DNA of 32,000 nucleotides from Kiritimatiella glycovorans (lineage in GTDB: Bacteria > Verrucomicrobiota > Kiritimatiellia > Kiritimatiellales > Kiritimatiellaceae), in NCBI RefSeq assembly GCF_001017655.1, contig NZ_CP010904.1:2460001-2492000 (forward strand), given 5' to 3'. A program made the position numbers and the translations under genes. A model generated the notes under the pieces. That model did not search any database and was not told the DNA's origin. It saw only the letters and a list, made by a program, of their open reading frames with translations. The first letter of the stretch is position 1. Every line of letters begins with the position of its first letter. This document shows positions 25,347 through 32,000 of the stretch, piece by piece.

Positions 25347-27833
25347 ATGCCTCAGTACTCCGGGCCCGGGGTTCCGCTCCCCCGGGCCGGCTTACGTCTC
25401 TCTTACTCTGACCTTCCTCTCCCTCTCCCCTTGCGCATCAGGCGCGGGATGTCTAACCTGTCGCTCATGGGGAAGGACAACACACCGAAGGCCCGCTCGG
25501 GTCCGCGCGAACTCGCGGGGGTCGTCTGGCTCGCGCTGTTCCTGATCGCCTGTCTGAGCTTCATCACTTATCACCCCGGCGACATTTCAGCGCTGCAGTC
25601 GCCGCCGGTGCGTCCGGCGCACAATGCGGTCGGACCGGTCGGCGGCTGGTTCGCCTACACGGGGATGCTCTTCTTCGGTCTCGCGGGCTACGGCATTCCG
25701 ATAGCCTGCCTTCTGATCGGGCTGCTCGCCATCGTACGCTCGGACCGCCGGCTGTGGCCGCGGATCGCGTGGGCGCTGGGTGCGCTGCTCTGTCTCGGGA
25801 CCCTGCTGGATCTGAGCGGCGCTATGGCGGCGGGGCTGGTGGACCGCCTGAACCTTCCCTCCTCAGGCGGGGTGCTGGGCCAGGCGATCGCCCACCGCAC
25901 GCTCGGCGCGTGGTTCGGCGCGGCCGGGACGGGGGTTCTCGCCGCGGCGGGCCTGATCGTCTGTTTCGCGGGGCTCACGGACATCTATCCGCTCGCCCTC
26001 CTGCGCGGGTCCGGAACGTTGTTCCGCAACCTGCGCAAGTGGGGCGGCGCGCTCAAGGCCGGGCTCGCCGCCGCAGCGGCGCGTGTTCAGGCGGCGGTGC
26101 AGCGCAGGCGCGAGGCGGCCGCGACGCCGGAAGTCGATGAAGACCCGCAACCTGCGTCCTTCGGCGGAGACGATGAGGGTCTTTTCCCTGCCGCGCCCAC
26201 GGCGTCCGGGGAGCGCGAATCGCCGCCCAAAAAGAAGCCGCGGAAAAAGAAGCCGGCGAAACCCGCCGAGCCGCCCCGCGAGGAGCCCGAACCCGAGCCC
26301 GAGCCGCGGCCGGTGTCGAAGGGCCCTTCCGAGTATGCCCTCCCGCCCCTCACCCTGCTTCAACAGCCCGCCGCGGGAAAGGCCGGGGGCGGCAACCCCG
26401 ACACCGACCGCGAGTCGGAGGTGCTCCAGAGCACGCTGACCGAATTCAACGTGCAGGCCCAGGTCACCAACGCCGAGGTCGGGCCGGTGGTCACGCGCTA
26501 CGAAGTCCGGCCCGCGCCCGGCGTCCGCGTCGGCCGCATCTCGCAGCTCTCCAACGATATCGCCCGCGCGCTGAAGGCGCGCACCGTACGCATTCAGGCG
26601 CCGGTCCCGGGCAAGGACGTGGTCGGCATCGAGATCCCCAACCCCGAGACCTCGATGGTCGTCGCGCGCCAGCTCGTCGAGACCAAAACCTTCCGCTCGG
26701 CCAAGACGGCGCTCCCCCTGATTCTCGGCAAAGACGTCAGCGGCAAGAACCTGATCGCCGACCTCGCCGACATGCCCCACATCCTGATCGCCGGCGCGAC
26801 GGGCTCCGGAAAAACCGTCTGCATGAATTCGCTGCTGGCCGGACTGCTGATGTCGCGCACCCCGGACGAACTCAAGCTGATGCTGATCGACCCCAAGATC
26901 GTCGAATTCCAGCACTACCAGAACCTCCCCCACCTCGTCGTTCCGGTCATCACCGACCCCAAGAAGGTCATCTTCGGCCTCCGGTGGGCGATCAAGGAGA
27001 TGGAGCGTCGTTTCCAGCTCTTCTCGAAAGCGGGCGTGCGGAATATCGCCGGATACAACGCGCGCCCGAAGGTGCGGCAGGGCCAGCTCTTCGAGGAGGG
27101 CGAAGACGAGACCTCCGAACTGCCCGAACGGCTCCCGTACATCGTCATCGTGATCGACGAACTCGCCGACCTGATGATGGTCGCGCAGGCGGAGATCGAG
27201 GGCGGCATCGCCCGCCTCGCCCAGCTCTCGCGCGCGGTGGGCATCCACATGATCATCGCCACCCAGCGCCCCTCCGTAAACGTCATCACCGGCACGATCA
27301 AGGCCAACTTCCCGGCGCGCATCGCCTTCCAGGTCGCGCAGAAGGTCGACAGCCGCACGATCATCGACGCCTCCGGCGCCGACAAACTGCTCGGGCGCGG
27401 CGACATGCTCTTCGCGCCGCCCGACGCCAGCCGGCTGGTGCGCGCCCAGGGGACCTTCACCACCGACGAGGAGATCGAGAAGATCACGGAACACTGGCGC
27501 GGGCAGGGACAGCCCGAATACGTGCAGGAGATCCACAAGAAACTCGACAACCCCTCCGCACCCACCGGACTGGAGAGCGAAGAGGAGAGCAAGGACGACG
27601 ACGTGCTCGAGCAGGCGATCGAGATCATCCGCCAGACCAAGCGCGCCTCGACCTCGTCGCTCCAGCGCCGCCTGCGCATCGGGTACAACCGTGCCGCGCG
27701 CCTGATGGACCAGCTCGAGGAACGCGGCGTGGTCGGGCCGCCTTCGGACACCGGTCCGAGGGAGATTCTGATCGATTTCGACGGCGAAATCCCCCAGAAC
27801 AGGGAATCTGCGGAAACCCCGCCCGCGGAATAA
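25347..27833 (+). CDS. ftsK: DNA translocase FtsK
   Basis: N-terminal TM helices, a Pro/Glu/Lys-rich linker (KKKPRKKKPAKPAEPPREEPEPEPEP), the motor domain (HILIAGATGSGKTVCMNSLL, YIVIVIDELADLMM, IATQRPSVNVITG) and the gamma winged helix (SSLQRRLRIGYNRAARLMDQLEERGVVGP). The start is uncertain: 25347, 25449 or 25467. Confidence 0.9.
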   Translation: MPQYSGPGVPLPRAGLRLSYSDLPLPLPLRIRRGMSNLSLMGKDNTPKARSGPRELAGVVWLALFLIACLSFITYHPGDISALQSPPVRPAHNAVGPVGGWFAYTGMLFFGLAGYGIPIACLLIGLLAIVRSDRRLWPRIAWALGALLCLGTLLDLSGAMAAGLVDRLNLPSSGGVLGQAIAHRTLGAWFGAAGTGVLAAAGLIVCFAGLTDIYPLALLRGSGTLFRNLRKWGGALKAGLAAAAARVQAAVQRRREAAATPEVDEDPQPASFGGDDEGLFPAAPTASGERESPPKKKPRKKKPAKPAEPPREEPEPEPEPRPVSKGPSEYALPPLTLLQQPAAGKAGGGNPDTDRESEVLQSTLTEFNVQAQVTNAEVGPVVTRYEVRPAPGVRVGRISQLSNDIARALKARTVRIQAPVPGKDVVGIEIPNPETSMVVARQLVETKTFRSAKTALPLILGKDVSGKNLIADLADMPHILIAGATGSGKTVCMNSLLAGLLMSRTPDELKLMLIDPKIVEFQHYQNLPHLVVPVITDPKKVIFGLRWAIKEMERRFQLFSKAGVRNIAGYNARPKVRQGQLFEEGEDETSELPERLPYIVIVIDELADLMMVAQAEIEGGIARLAQLSRAVGIHMIIATQRPSVNVITGTIKANFPARIAFQVAQKVDSRTIIDASGADKLLGRGDMLFAPPDASRLVRAQGTFTTDEEIEKITEHWRGQGQPEYVQEIHKKLDNPSAPTGLESEEESKDDDVLEQAIEIIRQTKRASTSSLQRRLRIGYNRAARLMDQLEERGVVGPPSDTGPREILIDFDGEIPQNRESAETPPAE

Positions 27834-27840
27834 CACGTTT

Positions 27841-28422
27841 ATGGCAACGATCGGTCCACAACTCAGAAAAGCTCGCGAGGCCAAAGGCGTCACGATCTCC
27901 GAGGCGGCGCACAAGACCAAGATCCTTCCCCAGATCCTGGAGGACCTGGAAAAGGACGATTTCAAACGCATGGCCGCGCCCATGTACACGAGAGGATTCA
28001 TCAAGATCTACTCGGAGTACCTGGGCCTGGACCCGGAGGCGATGCTTGCGGAATGGGCCGGGGAGGAGCCCGCGGAAACGCGGGAAACCCCCGAGCAACC
28101 GTCCGCGGGCCGCCGCTGGAGGCTCCCCCCCTGGATCCGCAACCTCCCGGCGAACATCCGTTTCGGACGCTTTGCGAAGAAGAAGCTGACCCCGCGTCTC
28201 CGCCTCACGCTCATCATCGCGTCCGCCGCGGCCGTGCTGGTCCTCCTCCTGCTGCTGATCCTTTCGAGTTGCGGTGCTTCGCGGGGCATTCCGGCGGAGA
28301 CCGCCCTGCCTGCCGAACGCGGATCGAACCTGATCGCTCCGCCCCCCGAGGTCTATCTCGAGGGACCGGACACCGTGCGGACCGACATCCGGACGCGCGA
28401 AGGCGGGGAGGCTCCCGAATGA
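27841..28422 (+). CDS. RodZ-like bitopic protein (N-terminal XRE-type HTH, basic linker, one TM helix)
   Basis: 193 aa. IGPQLRKAREAKGVTISEAAHKTKILPQILEDLEKDDF...YTRGFIKIYSEYLGLD resembles the RodZ/HTH_25 N-terminus. TM helix LTLIIASAAAVLVLLLLLIL. Its stop overlaps the pgsA start (ATGA 28419-28422). Confidence 0.6.
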   Translation: MATIGPQLRKAREAKGVTISEAAHKTKILPQILEDLEKDDFKRMAAPMYTRGFIKIYSEYLGLDPEAMLAEWAGEEPAETRETPEQPSAGRRWRLPPWIRNLPANIRFGRFAKKKLTPRLRLTLIIASAAAVLVLLLLLILSSCGASRGIPAETALPAERGSNLIAPPPEVYLEGPDTVRTDIRTREGGEAPE

Positions 28423-28988
28423 ACCTCCCCAACCGGCTCACGGTCGCCCGCTTCGTGATGACCGCCTTCATGGTGGCGGGGCTGAGCCTCGATTTCCCCC
28501 TGGCGCGCACTGCCGCGCTGATCCTCTTTATCGCCGCTTCGCTCACCGACTGGCTCGACGGGGCCATCGCCCGGAAGACCGGGTCGATTACGGACTTCGG
28601 CAAACTCATGGATCCGCTCGCCGATAAGGTGCTGGTCGCCGGCGCCTTTGTGGCCCTCATCCCGCACGGTATGGTGGAGGCGTGGCTGGTGATCGTCGTG
28701 CTGGCGCGCGAATTCCTGATCACCGGCCTGAGACTGCTCGCCGCGGGGCGCGGCGTACTGCTCTCCGCCGCCTGGTCCGGAAAGCTCAAAACCACCTTTC
28801 AGATGATCGCCGCCTCGCTCTTCATGCTCGTGCTGGCCGTTCCGGAGTGGACCCCGACGCACGCCCCGGCGCCGAAGCTCCTGCTCCTGCCGGCCCTGGT
28901 CGCATGGTACGGCGCGGTCCTCGCCGCCGTGGCCTCGGGCGCCGAAGTCGTATGGAAAAACCGCGCGCTGTACGCGGATACGGGCTGA
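28419..28988 (+). CDS. pgsA: CDP-diacylglycerol--glycerol-3-phosphate 3-phosphatidyltransferase
   Basis: Starts at MNLPNRLTVARF (ATG 28419). CDP-alcohol phosphotransferase motif DWLDGAIARKTGSITDFGKLMDPLADKV, followed by multiple TM helices. Confidence 0.85.
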   Translation: MNLPNRLTVARFVMTAFMVAGLSLDFPLARTAALILFIAASLTDWLDGAIARKTGSITDFGKLMDPLADKVLVAGAFVALIPHGMVEAWLVIVVLAREFLITGLRLLAAGRGVLLSAAWSGKLKTTFQMIAASLFMLVLAVPEWTPTHAPAPKLLLLPALVAWYGAVLAAVASGAEVVWKNRALYADTG

Positions 28989-28990
28989 CG

Positions 28991-29040
28991 GGGCGGGCGA
29001 AGAGCCCGCGCTTCGTCCTTTCGCCCCCGCCCGGTATTTC
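28991..29040 (+). terminator. Possible intrinsic terminator after pgsA (imperfect GC-rich hairpin followed by TATTT)
   Basis: GGGCGGGCGAA (28991-29001) pairs with TTCGCCC/CC-bulge/GCCC (29020-29032), followed by GGTATTTCG. The stem has a 2-nt bulge and the T-tract is short. Confidence 0.3.
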
Positions 29041-29078
29041 GTAGGCTGTCGGCCTCTTTCAACAGGAGACGAATACTC

Positions 29079-29627
29079 ATGGCCGGCGATACCGCTTATT
29101 CGATCCGGAAACGCGCTCCGCAGTGCGCGGCGTGTGAGCGGCCGTTCGAGGACGGCGACACGGTGGACACCCGCCTGTTCCGGGGCGCGGAAGGGTACGA
29201 GCGGCGCGATTACTGCCCGCAGTGCGCGCCGGCGCCCGATGCGTCGGACCCCTTCAGCCACTGGAAGACGGTGTTTCATCCCCCTCCCCCGCCCGAGCCC
29301 GAACCGGTGCGGCGCGAGAGCGCCGAATCCCTGCTCCGCCGACTGATCGAGGAGGAGGAAGCGGGCGCCGAAGCGGCGATCTTCGTACTGGCGATTATGC
29401 TCGAGCGCAAAAAGCTGCTCGTCGAAAAAGCGGTGCGGGAAGAGGAAGGCCGCAAGCTGCGCTGCTACGAACATCGCAAAACCGGCGAATCCTTCGTCGT
29501 GGAAGATCCCGAACTCCGCCTCGCCGAACTCGAGCATGTGCAGGAAGACGTGGTGCGACGGCTGGAAGGGGATGGAGAACGCGGGGAACAGGGTCAGAGT
29601 AGAGAGAGTGTGAAACCTGAGACCTGA
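29079..29627 (+). CDS. Hypothetical zinc-ribbon protein (CxxC...CxxC), Pro-rich linker, acidic helical C-terminal domain
   Basis: 182 aa with AGGAG 12 nt upstream. Cys pairs CAACERPF...YCPQCAP. I recognise no family. The last ~10 codons and the stop are encoded by the first module of the tandem array. Confidence 0.6.
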   Translation: MAGDTAYSIRKRAPQCAACERPFEDGDTVDTRLFRGAEGYERRDYCPQCAPAPDASDPFSHWKTVFHPPPPPEPEPVRRESAESLLRRLIEEEEAGAEAAIFVLAIMLERKKLLVEKAVREEEGRKLRCYEHRKTGESFVVEDPELRLAELEHVQEDVVRRLEGDGERGEQGQSRESVKPET

Positions 29628-29984
29628 AACCTGAGTAAGAGAGGGTGGGGAACCTGGTAAGAGAGAGTGTGAAACCTGAGACCTGAAACCTGAGTAAGAG
29701 AGAGTGGGGAACCTGGTAAGAGAGAGTGTGAAACCTGAGACCTGAAACCTGAGTAAGAGAGAGTGGGGAACCTGGTAAGAGAGAGTGTGAAACCTGAGAC
29801 CTGAAACCTGAGTAAGAGAGAGTGGGGAACCTGGTAAGAGAGAGTGTGAAACCTGAGACCTGAAACCTGAGTAAGAGAGAGTGGGGAACCTGAGACCTGA
29901 GACCTGAGTAAGAGAGGGTGGGAAACCTGGCAAGAGAGAGTGGGAGACCTGGTAAGAGAAAGTGGGAAACCTGAGACCTGAGTG
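29599..29984. repeat. Compound tandem repeat, 59-bp period, built from 22-nt and 37-nt purine-rich modules (about 13 modules)
   Basis: GTGTGAAACC recurs at 29608, 29667, 29726, 29785 and 29844, spaced exactly 59 bp apart. Units 29694-29752, 29753-29811 and 29812-29870 are identical. Unit 29635-29693 differs at one base (29644). Degenerate modules flank on both sides. Confidence 0.95.
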
Positions 29985-29994
29985 TCCCCGCATC

Positions 29995-30456
29995 ATGGAG
30001 CAATACGAACGCAGATTTCTTGTGGAGCGGCTGCCCGACCTCGCGGGGACGGCGGGCGAGCGCGTGGTGCAGGGATATTTCTATTTCGACCGCGGCGTCG
30101 GGCGGGTACGGCTGGCGGGCGGCGACCGGGCGTACCTGGCGCTGAAGTGTCCGGGAGAGGCGGGCACGCATCATGAATTCGAATACCCGCTGCCGCCGGA
30201 CGACGCGCGGGAGATGCTGGAACGGCTCTGCGAGACGCCGTGGATCGATAAGACGCGCTACCGCCTGCCTCACGCGGGCAGGATCATCGAATTGGACTGC
30301 TTTCACGGCGCTTACGAGGGACTCATGATCGCGGAACTGGAGACGAGGCCCGGCGAGGAGGCCGTCGGGTCCCTTCCGGCGTGGGTCGGCGAGGAGATCA
30401 CCGGCCAGCACCGCTGGTCGAACGCCGGCCTCGTACGTGCGGGGCAGCGCGCATGA
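29995..30456 (+). CDS. CYTH-domain protein (CyaB/thiamine-triphosphatase-like triphosphate tunnel family)
   Basis: 153 aa from ATG 29995. MEQYERRFLV..., ALKCPGEAGTHHEFEYPLP, IDKTRYRL, IELDCFHGAYEGLMIAELE and PAWVGEEITGQHRWSN match the small bacterial CYTH family pattern. Its stop overlaps the tilS start (ATGA 30453-30456). Confidence 0.75.
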   Translation: MEQYERRFLVERLPDLAGTAGERVVQGYFYFDRGVGRVRLAGGDRAYLALKCPGEAGTHHEFEYPLPPDDAREMLERLCETPWIDKTRYRLPHAGRIIELDCFHGAYEGLMIAELETRPGEEAVGSLPAWVGEEITGQHRWSNAGLVRAGQRA

Positions 30457-31877
30457 AGGTCTTCGATCAGGTGCGCGCCTCCCTGAAGCAGAGCGGTTTT
30501 GCGGGGCGCGGGGCCACGATCGCGCTGGCCGTATCGGGCGGAGCGGACTCGGTCTTCCTTCTCCACGCCCTCCATTTTCTGGCCGCGCCGCTCGACCTGC
30601 GCCTCTGCACGCTGCACCTCCATCACGGTATCCGGCCGCGCGGGGCGGAACAGGATCTCCGCCTGGTCCGGGCGCTCTCCTGGCGGCTCGGCATCCCCTG
30701 CTTCAGCGCGCGGCGCGACGTCCCCGCCCTTGCGGAATCCGAAAACCTTTCCATCGAGATGGCCGCACGGCGGGCGCGGCGGGATTTCTTCACCGACGCC
30801 GGCCGGCGGCTGGAGATCGACGCCGTCGCACTCGGGCATACCGCCGACGACCGGGTGGAATCGGTGCTGCTGAAACTGAGCCGCGGGACCGGACTGCGCG
30901 GGCTGGCGGGCATGCGGCCCGTACACCGCGAGGATGCGCTTACGCTGCTCCGCCCGCTGCTCGACGTCCGGCGCGAGGAACTGGTCGCCGTCCTGCACGC
31001 ACACCGCATCCCGTGGCGCGAGGATACCACCAACCGCGATCGGAAGATTCCGCGCAACATGGTTCGCCACCGCATCCTGCCCGAGATCGAGCAACGGCTC
31101 CATCCGGCCTTCCGGGAAAACGTCCTGCGCAGTCTCGACATCCTCCGCGAAGAAGAGGCCTGGCTCTCCGACATGGCGCTCGGGCTCATGAAATCCGTCA
31201 CCGCACCGCGCCGCGGACAGCTCCTGGCCGAACGCCTGCGCGCCTACCCGGTCGCCGCCCGCCGCCGCATGCTGCAGGCCTGGCTGCACGAATGTGAAGT
31301 CGAAGTGGACGCACTGTCCTTCGAGACCCTCGAGCGCATCGATGCGCTCTGCGCCCACGACCGCGGCACGCGCTCCGTCCCGCTCAGAGGGACGCTGCGG
31401 GTCGTCAACCAGTACGGCAAACTGCGCGTCGCGCGTCGCGGGGAGCGCCGCAGGGCCGGGTTCCGGACGGAGATCCAGGTGGAGGGGGAGACCTGGCTGC
31501 CCGGTCCCGGGCTGCATGTGGCGGCGCGTTTCGGGCGCGGCATTCAGCGCGACCGCGCCCGACGCATCGGCGAATTCCCCGCGCGGGCCTCGATCAGCCG
31601 CAAGGCGGTGGGCGGGCACCCTCTGACCGTCCGCTCCTTCCGTGAAGGCGACCGCATGCGCCCGCTCGGCTCGGGCGGCACGCGCAAGCTCCAGGACATC
31701 TTCACCGACGCCAGGGTCCCGCGCGAGGAGCGGACGCAGATCCCGCTCGTCGAATGCCGCGGCGAAATCGTATGGATCCCGGGCTTTCGCATCGCCGAAA
31801 ACTGGAAACTACACGACCCGCGCCAGAAAGCCGTGTGGCTCTCCATCGACCGCAAAGGGCCGGAAGAGGACGGCTGA
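30453..31877 (+). CDS. tilS: tRNA(Ile)-lysidine synthase
   Basis: Starts at MKVFDQV (ATG 30453). PP-loop ALAVSGGADSVFLL, LHHGIR, ALGHTADDRVESVLLKLSRGTG, and a C-terminal domain ending GDRMRPLG...KLQDIFTDARVPREER...IVWIPGFR. Confidence 0.9.
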   Translation: MKVFDQVRASLKQSGFAGRGATIALAVSGGADSVFLLHALHFLAAPLDLRLCTLHLHHGIRPRGAEQDLRLVRALSWRLGIPCFSARRDVPALAESENLSIEMAARRARRDFFTDAGRRLEIDAVALGHTADDRVESVLLKLSRGTGLRGLAGMRPVHREDALTLLRPLLDVRREELVAVLHAHRIPWREDTTNRDRKIPRNMVRHRILPEIEQRLHPAFRENVLRSLDILREEEAWLSDMALGLMKSVTAPRRGQLLAERLRAYPVAARRRMLQAWLHECEVEVDALSFETLERIDALCAHDRGTRSVPLRGTLRVVNQYGKLRVARRGERRRAGFRTEIQVEGETWLPGPGLHVAARFGRGIQRDRARRIGEFPARASISRKAVGGHPLTVRSFREGDRMRPLGSGGTRKLQDIFTDARVPREERTQIPLVECRGEIVWIPGFRIAENWKLHDPRQKAVWLSIDRKGPEEDG

Positions 31878-31953
31878 GGAAAGAGAATGCTTTGTCAAAC
31901 CCCCGCCCTGTTGCTAGTCTGGCCCGATTATTCAGCGATGGAAACGGAGTGTC

Positions 31954-32000
31954 ATGAACAATAATCCCGACAAAAAGACCCCGGCTCCGGAAGGCGGAGG
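31954..32000 (+). CDS. 5' end of an unidentified CDS (MNNNPDKKTPAPEGG...) running off the window. tilS is often followed by ftsH, but 15 residues cannot confirm that.
   Basis: ATG at 31954 with GGAG 6 nt upstream, and an open frame to the window end. Confidence 0.3.
   Translation, partial: MNNNPDKKTPAPEGG

Noticed and set aside
26150-26340. Low-complexity Pro/Glu/Lys-rich stretch (KKKPRKKKPAKPAEPPREEPEPEPEP) as a separate repeat feature
   Set aside because: It is the expected disordered linker between the FtsK membrane domain and motor domain, not an independent element.
25863-28004. 713-aa minus-strand ORF
   Set aside because: It is antisense to ftsK and the rodZ-like gene and shows no motifs. 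It is a shadow ORF.
29599-29984. CRISPR array interpretation of the tandem repeats
   Set aside because: There are no unique spacers: the whole 59-bp unit repeats identically. The repeats have no palindromic core, and no cas genes are in the window.
28353-30411. Two long minus-strand ORFs (547 and 338 aa) that read through the tandem array as a repetitive peptide (…SGFRSQVSHSLLPGSPLSLTQVSGLRFHTLSYQV…)
   Set aside because: They are antisense to well-supported genes (pgsA, the zinc-ribbon gene, CYTH). The 59-bp period is not a multiple of 3, so successive units are read in different frames. All minus frames are open only because the purine-rich plus strand lacks TTA, TCA and CTA. This is a compositional artefact rather than evidence of coding.

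Overview
High-GC bacterial chromosomal window, tightly packed with about 27 supportable protein genes plus one tRNA. The cell looks diderm: it encodes a FadL-type outer-membrane barrel ending in Phe and LolCD lipoprotein sorting. Many long ORFs in the track are antisense shadows of real genes, as expected at this GC content. Layout: (i) 1-8488, minus strand, is a co-directional and partly ATGA-coupled string. In transcription order it is an atypical beta-ketoacyl synthase, a 7TM-GAF-PAS histidine kinase, a REC-like-GAF-PAS histidine kinase, a small membrane-anchored coiled-coil protein, type-2 IPP isomerase (fni), and HMG-CoA synthase (mvaS, truncated at the window edge). (ii) 8601-15100, plus strand and divergent from (i): FadL-family porin, REC-HK hybrid kinase, stand-alone CheY-like receiver, SMC. 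(iii) 15174-22054, minus strand: lolC/E, lolD, ilvE, mcsA, mcsB, clpC, where the last four are joined by three ATGA overlaps. (iv) A MurC-like ligase, then a visibly lower-GC islet at the 3' end of tRNA-Val(UAC). Two 100% identical 143-bp inverted-repeat elements sit in and next to this islet, each with its own 10-bp target-site duplication (MITE-like). (v) purN, ftsK, a rodZ-like gene and pgsA. (vi) A zinc-ribbon hypothetical gene, a ~386-bp compound tandem repeat (59-bp period), then a CYTH-domain gene ATGA-coupled to tilS, and the first codons of another gene. The most unusual items are four. First, the tandem array, whose 15-nt core reappears inverted in the loop of the smc/clpC hairpin. 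Second, the MITE pair. Third, a Cys-His-Asn ketosynthase linked to mevalonate genes and an output-less multi-kinase cluster. Fourth, a CtsR-less mcsA-mcsB-clpC module in a diderm. No CRISPR array, rRNA, transposase or integrase gene is visible. All functional calls come from motif recognition by eye, with no database search.
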